From Promethearchaeota archaeon (GTDB lineage Archaea > Asgardarchaeota > Lokiarchaeia > Sigyniarchaeales > Promethearchaeaceae): DNA of 32,000 nucleotides. The translations under genes were made by a program, and so were the position numbers. The stretch covers positions 90,001 through 122,000 of the forward strand of contig JAFGBS010000028.1 of NCBI GenBank assembly GCA_016933055.1. Direction: 5' to 3'. This document shows, piece after piece, positions 1-9,075 of the stretch (the first letter of the stretch is position 1; each line of letters opens with the position of its first letter). Under the pieces are notes generated by a model. It saw nothing but the letters and a program-made list of their open reading frames with translations, was not told where the DNA came from and did not search any database.

Positions 1-767
1 AAAAATTCATCAGCAGCAAGAGTGGTCTCAATTCTTTGAGTGGGAATTTTTATATATTGTAATCCTTGAGTTAGCATCAAGATTAACCAAAATGTTGTGA
101 CAAATTTCACAAGTTCCTTTTTAGACGCAATTAAGAAATTTCTTAAGCGAGTTTTTCGAATTGTTAAGAGGAACTTCTTCCGAATCTGGTAGAACTTCAT
201 ATGAGTGTCATTACGCTTAAAAGTCCACAAAATTACATTATAGAGAAGTTTCCCCGAAAATAAGCCCAAATTTATCCATGAAATTACTTTCAATATCCAT
301 CTAAAGTTATTAGACAAAAATAATACCCCTGCAATTACGTATCCCACTCCAAATATTATTACTCCTAGTAAGAACATCATCATCCCCCAAATCGAAGTAA
401 ATTTGAGTGCATCGAGTAAAATATTGGATATTATACTTGTTTTTATCATATGATTGTATCGATATTTGTCCAAAATTAGCAGTATTGCTCGTATAATTAT
501 ATAAAATAGCACTAATATGATGATCCAATAAGAAAAATCTAAGCCTACAATTAAGAAAGTACCAATTAATGGTTCAAAAATCACTCTAAGTGGGTGAATA
601 ATGGATTTATATGAGGAAGTTACATCCATTTGAGATAATGCATCATAAAACACTGGGTTTCGAGAGCCTACAAATGCAATATAAATTAACCATCCGATAA
701 AGGCACCGAATCCGAGAGTAGTCAGAATTTCAAGTAAATTTTTGTGAAGTAAAATCCGTATTTTCAT
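1..767 (-). CDS. Multi-pass membrane protein, 3'-truncated by the window edge (absent from ORF track)
   Basis: Manual translation from the ATG at 767 gives MKIRILLHKNLLEILTTLGFGAFIGWLIYIAFVGSRNPVFYDAL... with no stop to position 1 (about 255 codons). It has several hydrophobic segments and starts 32 bp after the stop of the alpha/beta hydrolase on the same strand. Confidence 0.85.
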   Translation of the reverse strand, partial: MKIRILLHKNLLEILTTLGFGAFIGWLIYIAFVGSRNPVFYDALSQMDVTSSYKSIIHPLRVIFEPLIGTFLIVGLDFSYWIIILVLFYIIIRAILLILDKYRYNHMIKTSIISNILLDALKFTSIWGMMMFLLGVIIFGVGYVIAGVLFLSNNFRWILKVISWINLGLFSGKLLYNVILWTFKRNDTHMKFYQIRKKFLLTIRKTRLRNFLIASKKELVKFVTTFWLILMLTQGLQYIKIPTQRIETTLAADEF

Positions 768-799
768 CTATACTTGCTTTCTTAGAGACTATATAAAAA

Positions 800-1729
800 T
801 TATGGAACCTCATCGGTTTCGAAAAGATTTAGAAGTCTCACGAATAAATGTTTCAAATAGCGTTCTGCAGTAGTGAAATGAGTTCCATCTTCATAAAAGA
901 ATGATTCACAATTAGGTATATGATCGGCAACATATTTTCCCATTTCTATTGGAACAATGTCATCCGCTTCACCATGAATCAACATAACAAGTTTATCTTC
1001 CGGTATTTCTTCCAATTTAAATCCCCAGTCACGAGCATAAATTTCAACATCTTGCGCAGTCCCTAACGGTCCTTGTGCATATCCTGCATAATTATCCAAT
1101 ATGAAAGATTCCTTGTATTCAGGTGTTTTGAATAACTCCTGATCAGTTGTACTCATTCCCCGAATCATCTTATCAATTGTTTTTACAGATTTTTTCATAG
1201 TTCGAAATTGAGAATAAAATACTAAACGATACGCTAATTTGAAAATGGTTCGGGATAATTTTGCTAAACATAACCCCGCCCTTAATAATGGCATCATCTG
1301 TTTGATTCCACTTTCCATCGGTCCTAAACCCGATACTACTAAAGTCGCAATCAATCGGTTTGAAGGGATTTGATAAGTGCATGCAAGCGCGTAAGGACCC
1401 CCACCGGATATCCCTAAAATCGCAAAACGTTTGATTTTCAATAAATTCGCAAATTCTAATACATCTTCTGCCCAAGATAGCAATGTACGTCGTTTTTGTG
1501 GACTTGATAACCCAATACCTGGACGATCGATAGCGTATACTTTGAAAGGTGAGTTTTTCAGTTTTTCATGGAGTAATTTACCCTCATAGCGAGATCCCGG
1601 AAATCCATGAAAATATATTACAGGAAATCCACTACGATTTCCATAAATCGCGTACCCGATTTTTCTTCCATCATGTAAGAAAATCATCAGATCTTCCGAT
1701 TCCGAATCAATTAACCTACTAGCAAGCAT
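800..1729 (-). CDS. Alpha/beta-fold hydrolase
   Basis: YFHGFPG oxyanion motif, IDRPGIGLS, nucleophile elbow GISGGG, HGEADDIVP acid and GTHF catalytic His. Confidence 0.92.
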   Translation of the reverse strand: MLASRLIDSESEDLMIFLHDGRKIGYAIYGNRSGFPVIYFHGFPGSRYEGKLLHEKLKNSPFKVYAIDRPGIGLSSPQKRRTLLSWAEDVLEFANLLKIKRFAILGISGGGPYALACTYQIPSNRLIATLVVSGLGPMESGIKQMMPLLRAGLCLAKLSRTIFKLAYRLVFYSQFRTMKKSVKTIDKMIRGMSTTDQELFKTPEYKESFILDNYAGYAQGPLGTAQDVEIYARDWGFKLEEIPEDKLVMLIHGEADDIVPIEMGKYVADHIPNCESFFYEDGTHFTTAERYLKHLFVRLLNLFETDEVP

Positions 1730-1738
1730 TTTTTTCTC

Positions 1739-3076
1739 TTATACCAATTGGATAGTAAAGGAATTGTCTAAATTTCTTCCAGATACTACTTGGAAAGTTT
1801 GATTATTGACAGTGATGTTATAGGTTCCAAAAAATCCAGTGAATTCTAAAATACCATTTGAATCAGTGTGAATATTAGTGAATTCGGTATGCCATCTTTC
1901 CTTAATCAAATGCTTTAGGATGTTGTATGATGGTTTCGGGGTAAAATCAGATCGCACTAAACCGTATCCATCATATCGTGAATGATCTACATCTCGATCT
2001 TCAAATCCCCAATACAATAACGCTTCGCATGCAGGATTTGCAAATGCAGTTGTATAAAATCTCTCAAGGAATTCTGCTTGTAAATCTTCAGACCATACTC
2101 CTTTTTTCCATGAATTTGTGATAGGAGCTCCATAGGAAGACACCATAATTTCCGTAATATGAATAGGTTTTTCTAATTTAGAGAAACCATCAAGAGTTCC
2201 TTTTATCTCATATGTTGGAGTCCAATCTGAATCCATTAAGTGATCTTGCATCCCAATTATGTCATAAGGTGTTCCCCTCTCATTTAATCGAGCCAAAAAA
2301 CTTTCCATTTCACCGATTCCGAAGGTATGTCCTAACATTCCATAATCATTAAAAATCAAATTATTAGATGGTACGGCCACCTTGGCTGTTATGAAACATT
2401 CATGGACGAATTCTTCCAAGTTATCAATCTTAGGGAATTTTCTATGCAACATCTCATTTGTAACATCCCAATAAGATATATTATTACGATATTTTTGAGT
2501 TAATGTTGCAATTCGATTGGTATAATGATCAATTATTTCTTGTTTCGTCATATTATCTATATCCAACCATTCTGGAACACCCGCAGGATGATTCCACACA
2601 ATACAATGACCTTTTGTCGTGATACCATGCGATTCAAGGAACGCTATAGAACTGTTTATGCGAGCTTCTTCAGGATAGGAAGTTGCATTCTCCCATGCAG
2701 CATAATAGAATGGCAAAATTCCAAAATTAAATACATCTATCCACATAGATGTATAAAGCTCATTTGTAGGAGAGGATTCGTCATAGTGGAAAAACATAGC
2801 TCCGAATAAAAACTCATGCATATCCAATGTGAGGTTTACAGCTGTATTTAATATAGGATCTCCGGTTGAATTCGTAAATTGAATGCGGATCGTCCCCTTT
2901 CGTATCTTATCTATGTTTTCTTGAGCGTCTCGGAATATTTTCTCATCCCATAATTTACCGAAATAATTCGGCAAGATTGGAGAGATCATCAGAAGTGTAA
3001 AAGTTGAAAAGAATGCTACGGTTAAAATAATTCCCAAAACTTTATTTGTTAAAGACGAATATGTTTGATTTTTCAT
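1739..3076 (-). CDS. Membrane-anchored glycoside hydrolase family 10 (endo-xylanase-like)
   Basis: GH10 motifs KGHCIVW, WDVTNE (acid/base Glu), FNDY, IGMQDH and PIHITE (nucleophile Glu), plus a C-terminal GFFGTYNITV strand. One N-terminal hydrophobic helix (VLGIILTVAFFSTFTLLMI). Confidence 0.88.
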   Translation of the reverse strand: MKNQTYSSLTNKVLGIILTVAFFSTFTLLMISPILPNYFGKLWDEKIFRDAQENIDKIRKGTIRIQFTNSTGDPILNTAVNLTLDMHEFLFGAMFFHYDESSPTNELYTSMWIDVFNFGILPFYYAAWENATSYPEEARINSSIAFLESHGITTKGHCIVWNHPAGVPEWLDIDNMTKQEIIDHYTNRIATLTQKYRNNISYWDVTNEMLHRKFPKIDNLEEFVHECFITAKVAVPSNNLIFNDYGMLGHTFGIGEMESFLARLNERGTPYDIIGMQDHLMDSDWTPTYEIKGTLDGFSKLEKPIHITEIMVSSYGAPITNSWKKGVWSEDLQAEFLERFYTTAFANPACEALLYWGFEDRDVDHSRYDGYGLVRSDFTPKPSYNILKHLIKERWHTEFTNIHTDSNGILEFTGFFGTYNITVNNQTFQVVSGRNLDNSFTIQLV

Positions 3077-3080
3077 CTAC

Positions 3081-3836
3081 TCAACTCCATTGGGCACCAG
3101 CGATTAAATTTCCAGATAAATAAACCACAAACAAAACTGCAAATGTGAGGATAATTTTATTGGATATCCAAATGATAAAAAATCTATTTCTTGTCGATTT
3201 TGACGTATCAAACCATATAAAGACACCAAGATTGATGCGATATTCAGAATTCCACTTTAGTATTACAAATATTAACAAGATTATGAGCTGAATAATTACA
3301 GGAAGTGTGAGATCGGTAACTGGAAAGAAGATCTTGGTATAGGAAAATTTCTCAAAAAAATACATCCACATTACCATTATGATATGAAAAAGGACGGTAA
3401 AAATATGAGAATAAGAACAAAGTGAAAGATATGATTTATAGGATAACCTGGTGCTTGAATTTCGATTTTTTTTTTCTCTATTAATGATCACAGATAAAAT
3501 TCCATAGGAAATAGACCCATGGAGTAGAAAATCGTAAAAAAATACTAAAATAAATCCTAAACCAAACATACCGATTATAAATAAGGGATTAGTAGCTCCA
3601 TATATGAATAAACGTCCTGTATGAAAGGCTCCTGGAACCCAATAGACCTCCGGATACATCATAAAAAACATGAGTACAAATCCCGCAAAAATTGAAGTGA
3701 TGAGAATCAAACCCATGGATTGAATGTATCTTCTTTTCCAATTTCGCGCAGGTTCTGATAATAAAAGAGATAATGTATGGATTTTAGGGGATAGAAAAAA
3801 TCCTCCAATATTTTCGAAAATTGTCCACATATCCAT
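3081..3836 (-). CDS. Integral membrane protein, possibly Yip1-like
   Basis: About five hydrophobic segments. The N-terminal FFLSP and the later LSYKSYLSLCSYSHIF resemble the Yip1-domain pattern. It ends 4 bp before the GH10 start. The CDS is well supported; the family call is tentative. Confidence 0.7.
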   Translation of the reverse strand: MDMWTIFENIGGFFLSPKIHTLSLLLSEPARNWKRRYIQSMGLILITSIFAGFVLMFFMMYPEVYWVPGAFHTGRLFIYGATNPLFIIGMFGLGFILVFFYDFLLHGSISYGILSVIINREKKNRNSSTRLSYKSYLSLCSYSHIFTVLFHIIMVMWMYFFEKFSYTKIFFPVTDLTLPVIIQLIILLIFVILKWNSEYRINLGVFIWFDTSKSTRNRFFIIWISNKIILTFAVLFVVYLSGNLIAGAQWS

Positions 3837-3988
3837 TTTTTCACGCTGTAAAGGATATTTATAAAATTTATCGGTTAGATGATAAAAAAACGTATGGGTA
3901 ACTGTGAAGAATAGAAAAACATGAATTCACATAAGTTAGTGACAAATTGCTTTTTATTACTTATTACCATCACCATACTAATTCCTAA

Positions 3989-5512
3989 TTGGTGTATACA
4001 ATGAGTTCTTCCTCCCGAGAGTTAATTTTAAAAAATTCTATTATTTACGATGCTAAAAATCAAATTAATGGTGAAACAATAGATCTACTAATCAGAGATG
4101 GTAAAATCGTTGAATCCTTGAAAGATGAATCCTCAGCACAAGAAATCGATGGGAAAGGATACATCACCTTCCCAGGGTTTATTGATATGAGATGCCACTA
4201 TTATGCCCAAGAGACAATCTATCACCAATTACTTAATCAAAAACATAACACTCGCAATTGCATAGCAAGTGCGCAATTACTAGAGAAAAATGCATTGCAG
4301 CAAGGGTTTACTTTTCTCTGTGAAATGGATGTACCCCCTACCCAATCAAAAATCGCCTTACAAAATATGACTCTAGGACCGTTATTGGATCATCTATTAA
4401 TAATGGATTTTGGGTCCAATTGGGCTTTTATGAGTGATTTTGAAACAGAAAATCCGGTAGAAACAATTGCTTATACATTGTCAATGCTCCTAGGAATAGT
4501 TAAGGGAGGCGGTATTTCCATTACTTGTCCCTATCATCAGCAATATTGGAATTTAAAGCCGATTCTTCCCAATTCCTCAATTCCTATAATGAAAATCCTA
4601 CCACAAAAGCTTTATTCGTTATTCACTAAGGCCGCAAACTTACATAACATTTCTCCGTACTTTTTATCTCCTTATTTCGATGAAGATAATCCGATCACTT
4701 TACTTAGCATTCTAAAAGAATTGGGACAACAAGATTTTGTTCTATCTACAGTAAACCATTACTTCAAAAGTGAATGGAAAGAATTGGAAAAAATTTATTC
4801 GGCTCAAGAAAATCTCGTCTGCGAAGTTACTCCTTTCACTACTGATCATGTTAACCCGTTAATAACTCGTGATAGAAATTTTGCTTTAAGTGAAAGCAAG
4901 CATTCGGGAATCCCCATGATAGCCGTTGATGTAGAATTTGATACGGAGTATTATATAACGGGGCGAAAATTCGAAACAGACTCCCCTCTACAAATTGATT
5001 GGGTTAAATTAATTCAAAGTTTCAAAAAGAACTGTGGATTGGATCGAGTTATCTTATCCAGTAATGCTCCGTACAATATGTGCATTTCAGATTGGTCAAA
5101 GCATCTTGCAAGATTATTAACTCAATCCAATCATGAATTGGATCTATTTGATATTTCTAGAATTTTATCAACCAATCCGGCGCAGATCATAGGCTTAGAT
5201 AGCAGAAAAGGTCATTTAGGAGTCGGTGCTGATGCTGATATAGTATGTTTTCAAGGAAATCCTGAAAACATAAACGAAACGCTATTCAAAGATTCCGAAA
5301 TTGTTATGAAAAATGGCAATATAGTCAAAAAGAGAACCAATTTGATTACACTAGATAAACCACTTGGGAAAATATTCTGGACTGAGGGTAATTATGATCC
5401 TTTAAAAATGGATAAATTACGTCCTAAGAAAGAGAAATTCTATGATAAACGGTTTTCAATGTACTTGGAGGCATTAGAAAATCCTAAAATATCCATTATG
5501 GAAAAAATCTAA
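3989..5512 (+). CDS. Amidohydrolase-fold protein homologous to formylmethanofuran dehydrogenase subunit A (FwdA), metal ligands apparently lost
   Basis: LLIRDGKIVE, PGFID and NPAQIIGLDSRKGHLGVGADADIV mark the amidohydrolase fold. GFTFLCEMDVPP, FGSNWAFM, VDVEFDT and the C-terminal region track FwdA as I recall it. The HxH motif reads DMRCH. Confidence 0.75.
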   Translation: MVYTMSSSSRELILKNSIIYDAKNQINGETIDLLIRDGKIVESLKDESSAQEIDGKGYITFPGFIDMRCHYYAQETIYHQLLNQKHNTRNCIASAQLLEKNALQQGFTFLCEMDVPPTQSKIALQNMTLGPLLDHLLIMDFGSNWAFMSDFETENPVETIAYTLSMLLGIVKGGGISITCPYHQQYWNLKPILPNSSIPIMKILPQKLYSLFTKAANLHNISPYFLSPYFDEDNPITLLSILKELGQQDFVLSTVNHYFKSEWKELEKIYSAQENLVCEVTPFTTDHVNPLITRDRNFALSESKHSGIPMIAVDVEFDTEYYITGRKFETDSPLQIDWVKLIQSFKKNCGLDRVILSSNAPYNMCISDWSKHLARLLTQSNHELDLFDISRILSTNPAQIIGLDSRKGHLGVGADADIVCFQGNPENINETLFKDSEIVMKNGNIVKKRTNLITLDKPLGKIFWTEGNYDPLKMDKLRPKKEKFYDKRFSMYLEALENPKISIMEKI

Positions 5513-5618
5513 AATACTTCCATACTTTTCATTTTACGGATTCTAGAGAATAGCAAAGATGAATATTTTTTAACACTGAGGTTCTTTTTATTTTCATATT
5601 GGTTTCTGGGGCTTTTTC

Positions 5619-7949
5619 ATGGAAAAAATAGGTCTAGCAATTTGCCATTGTGGCTTAAATATAGCGGGAGTACTCGATATAAAGAGAATAAAGAATTTTT
5701 TTAAAAAAGACCCTAAAAATCTCTATGTGTTCGACGAGAATTATTTATGTTCCGATGCGGGATTAAAAGCGATAGATGATATAGTGGGGGAGCAAAAGAT
5801 AACTCGAGTAGTGATAGCAGCATGTTCTATTAAACTCCATGGAGATATGTTTCGTGAACATTTTGAAAAAATCGGCATTTCCCGAGACTTAGTTGCTTTT
5901 GTAAACATCCGAGAACAAAATTCATGGGTTCATACTAAAGAACCAGCTTTAGCCACACAAAAAGCTATTGAACAAATCCAAGCGAAAATTGAGTATGTAA
6001 AACTTCTAGAACCTCAAGAAAGGGTAAGAGTTCCCGTTACACAAGAAGCTTTAGTTATAGGGGGGGGTATAGCAGGTATACATGGTGCTCTTGCGATAGC
6101 AAATGCTGGATATCATGTCTATTTAGTGGAAAAAGATTCCACAATTGGGGGTCACATGCCTTTATTTGATAAAACTTTTCCCACTATGGATTGCTCAATT
6201 TGTATTCTAGGTCCGATAATGAACGAGGTAAAAGAACACCCTAACATTACATTAATGACTTACACTGAAGTAATTGATGTTTCTGGATACATAGGAAATT
6301 TTCAAGTGAAAATAAAGAAAAAAGCACGGTACGTGGATTTGGAAAAATGTGTAGGATGTTTTGACCTTTGTCGGGGAGTGTGCGATGTCGAATTACCTGG
6401 TCGTTTTTTTCCTATGAAAGCAATTGATGTGAAATTTCCGGGTGCAATTCCATTAGTACCCGTTATTAATATGGACTATTGCACTGGCTGTGGAGCATGC
6501 GAACTTGCGTGTGATAGAGAGGCTATAATATATGATGATAAAGATGCGATTGAGGATATTAAAGTCGGAGCAATCTTGGTTGCTACAGGTTTCAAGGATT
6601 TCGATCCAACTGGGCTTCGAGAGTATAAATATTCTCTGAATCCAAATATTATTACTGCATTGGAAATGGAGAGGATGTTAAATCCTGAAGGACCTACTCG
6701 GGGAAAAATATCTGTACCCTCAACCGGGCTACCCCCAAAAAAAGTCGGATTTATTCTCTGTGTCGGTTCTCGAAACAAAAATTTGAATAGAGAATACTGT
6801 TCTAATGTTTGTTGCATGTATTCCATTAAACAAGCAATTTTGATCAAAGAGCGAGTCCCGAATTGTGAAGTGTATGTGTTTTATAACGATATCCGCGCAA
6901 ACTTCAAAATGGGGGAGAACTTTTACAATCGGGCACGTGAAGAAAATCATATTCATTTTCAAAAAGGGACAGTATCTGATATTCAGTCTATTAACGGAGA
7001 GGAAGACGATGCACCTACAATAAAACTTTTTGCAGAAGATACTATGCAAGGTGTACGAATGGAAGATGAATTTGATCTTGTTGTACTTGCAACTGGGATG
7101 GATCCTCCTGATGATACTGACAAAATTGCTAATATGCTGAATATTTCAAAAGATCCTTACGGATTTCTCATGGCAAGTCATCTGAAAGTTCGACCATCGC
7201 AATCTTCTCTGCACGGGATTTATCTAGCTGGTACTATCCACGGACCTAAAGATATTCCTAGTAGTATTCTACAAGCAGAAAGTGCCGCGGTAAAAATACT
7301 TTCTATTTTGATCAAAAAAGAATTAGAAATTGCTGCGGTAAAAGTCCATTTGGATGAAGATAAATGTGACTTATGCCGATTATGTCTTGATGTATGTGAT
7401 TATCAAGCATTGTCCATAGAGAATAAGAAAATAGTGCTTAATTCTGCTAACTGTCTTGGATGTGGGGCATGCGCAGCAATGTGTCACACAAACGCATTGT
7501 GGATCCCTGGATTCAGCTCAGAACAGATTGAACGACAAATAGACTCATACCTAGCGAATAAGTCTCAGGCTCCCTTAATTCTTGCATTTCTGTGTAATTG
7601 GTGCGCGTATCCGGGAGCTGATCTAGCGGGTACAAATAAAATACAATACCCCACAAATATACGAGTGATACGAGTGAATTGTGCTGGGATGGTTAATCCC
7701 TCATGGGTAGTCAAAGCCTTATTGGAAGGTGCTGACGGGGTAATTGTTATCGGGTGTTACGAACAAGATTGCCATTTCACCTCAGGATTTACCAAAGCGA
7801 AAAATTGGCATGAATCTACACTCGCTATACTGGAGGAATTGAACATTGATACGAATCGGATTCGATTGGAGAATATTTCTGCGGGTGAGGGGAAAAAATT
7901 CGCTGATATAGTTTTCGAGTTTTCAAACTCATTGATAAAAAAGAAATAA
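5619..7949 (+). CDS. hdrA: Heterodisulfide reductase subunit A fused to C-terminal MvhD (hydrogenase delta, [2Fe-2S]) domain
   Basis: N-terminal ICHCGLNIAG...REQNSWVH, FAD motif VIGGGIAG, FPTMDCSIC, FILCVGSR/CSNVCC and four ferredoxin CxxC..CxxxC motifs. The C-terminal AFLCNWCAYPGADLAG...RVNCAG...GADGVIVIGC...DCHF is MvhD. Confidence 0.95.
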   Translation: MEKIGLAICHCGLNIAGVLDIKRIKNFFKKDPKNLYVFDENYLCSDAGLKAIDDIVGEQKITRVVIAACSIKLHGDMFREHFEKIGISRDLVAFVNIREQNSWVHTKEPALATQKAIEQIQAKIEYVKLLEPQERVRVPVTQEALVIGGGIAGIHGALAIANAGYHVYLVEKDSTIGGHMPLFDKTFPTMDCSICILGPIMNEVKEHPNITLMTYTEVIDVSGYIGNFQVKIKKKARYVDLEKCVGCFDLCRGVCDVELPGRFFPMKAIDVKFPGAIPLVPVINMDYCTGCGACELACDREAIIYDDKDAIEDIKVGAILVATGFKDFDPTGLREYKYSLNPNIITALEMERMLNPEGPTRGKISVPSTGLPPKKVGFILCVGSRNKNLNREYCSNVCCMYSIKQAILIKERVPNCEVYVFYNDIRANFKMGENFYNRAREENHIHFQKGTVSDIQSINGEEDDAPTIKLFAEDTMQGVRMEDEFDLVVLATGMDPPDDTDKIANMLNISKDPYGFLMASHLKVRPSQSSLHGIYLAGTIHGPKDIPSSILQAESAAVKILSILIKKELEIAAVKVHLDEDKCDLCRLCLDVCDYQALSIENKKIVLNSANCLGCGACAAMCHTNALWIPGFSSEQIERQIDSYLANKSQAPLILAFLCNWCAYPGADLAGTNKIQYPTNIRVIRVNCAGMVNPSWVVKALLEGADGVIVIGCYEQDCHFTSGFTKAKNWHESTLAILEELNIDTNRIRLENISAGEGKKFADIVFEFSNSLIKKK

Positions 7950-8102
7950 TATAAATGTAAAAATATACACGCCGGATATGAAAAATTGCACTTCTTTATC
8001 CAATTACGTTGATCTTGATACCATTTTTGCATAGAAATCAATAGGTGGTTCTTTATACAAATTAAAGGTACAAAAAATTAGAGAAATAAAAACAAAAATT
8101 AC

Positions 8103-8450
8103 TTATTCCATTATTGACTTAATTTGCCGGCTAATCAATCCTAATTGATTTTTCGCGTCTTGACCCACAAAGCATATGATAGAATATTTTGATCCATAAG
8201 CAATTACTGCATATCCCTTACTTAAGGTGATAGTCAATTCTTTTGGACTCCCTTTGCTTATATTAGATCCCAATAGTGTTAAACGGGGAAGTAACTCAGA
8301 TGCTGCTTTCGCAATCTTGCTAGTATCATCATTTGCAATAGTTTGACCCGAGATAACATATCCTTTCGGATCAAATGCGACAATTCCCTCAACCTCAGCA
8401 ATTTCACTCATAATATTCGCTAATTTTGGTTCTATTTCCTCTTTCGACAT
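8103..8450 (-). CDS. Roadblock/LC7 (MglB/LAMTOR-like) domain protein
   Basis: 115 aa with helix-VEGIVAFDPKGYVI-helix-three strands-C-terminal helix (QLGLISRQIK). GAGGTAAG lies directly upstream of the ATG. Confidence 0.85.
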   Translation of the reverse strand: MSKEEIEPKLANIMSEIAEVEGIVAFDPKGYVISGQTIANDDTSKIAKAASELLPRLTLLGSNISKGSPKELTITLSKGYAVIAYGSKYSIICFVGQDAKNQLGLISRQIKSIME

Positions 8451-8608
8451 CTTACCTCATCTTTTTCCTCAATCATATTTATAAAATATGATTATTGGTA
8501 ATTTAATCTTTAATTTATAGATACCTACTTAAACCTAAATAGATCTTCTATATTATAATACCTGAATTGGAAAACAAATACAATCGAAATTGTGGAAAAG
8601 TAAAAGAA

Positions 8609-8905
8609 TTACTTCAAAACGATGAGATTAAGACCCTCAGTGTTCGCGATCATTACTTCTCCTTTTTGAGTTTCAAGTCTTACAAAAGCAAGCTCTCCTT
8701 CCTTCAAAGCATCGCAGATATTACGAGCTCTTCCGATCAATGAAGTTATATATGCAGCAGTTTTTTCTGTTGTTTCTGTATCTAAGTCACTCTGAATTGG
8801 TAAGCCCTCTTGATCACAAACAATTACTCCACGAACGCCTTCCATGGAGGAGAAGCGCTTAACAATAGCACGTATGCTTTTTCCATCAATCATCGCGATT
8901 TTCAC
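8609..8905 (-). CDS. Roadblock/LC7 protein resembling dynein light chain roadblock (DYNLRB); likely start ATG at 8893
   Basis: KRFSSMEGVRGVIVCDQEGLPIQS...ARN...LAFVRLETQKGEVMIA...LIV matches the DYNLRB-type pattern. It lacks the extra C-terminal helix. Confidence 0.88.
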   Translation of the reverse strand: MKIAMIDGKSIRAIVKRFSSMEGVRGVIVCDQEGLPIQSDLDTETTEKTAAYITSLIGRARNICDALKEGELAFVRLETQKGEVMIANTEGLNLIVLK

Positions 8906-9075
8906 TTCTAATGTTAGAATATGTATTTTGATAGGTTTGTATGTTAAAAAATTATTCCTTCCTATCCTTATCTTAAATATAGAGATCCATTAGTATCCTA
9001 AATTTATTGTCAAAACGACAAAATCTGAGTATGGTATCACTTTAGTATATCCCTCGCTCTAAGGTAATTTAGATC

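Noticed and set aside
310-528. 72-aa minus-strand ORF in the track
   Set aside because: It lies inside the longer <1..767 ORF in a different frame and has no recognisable motif.
5619-8100. Selenocysteine recoding or a SECIS element at hdrA-mvhD
   Set aside because: The ORF has no in-frame TGA, the candidate positions are Cys codons, and no convincing SECIS is visible in the 3' spacer.
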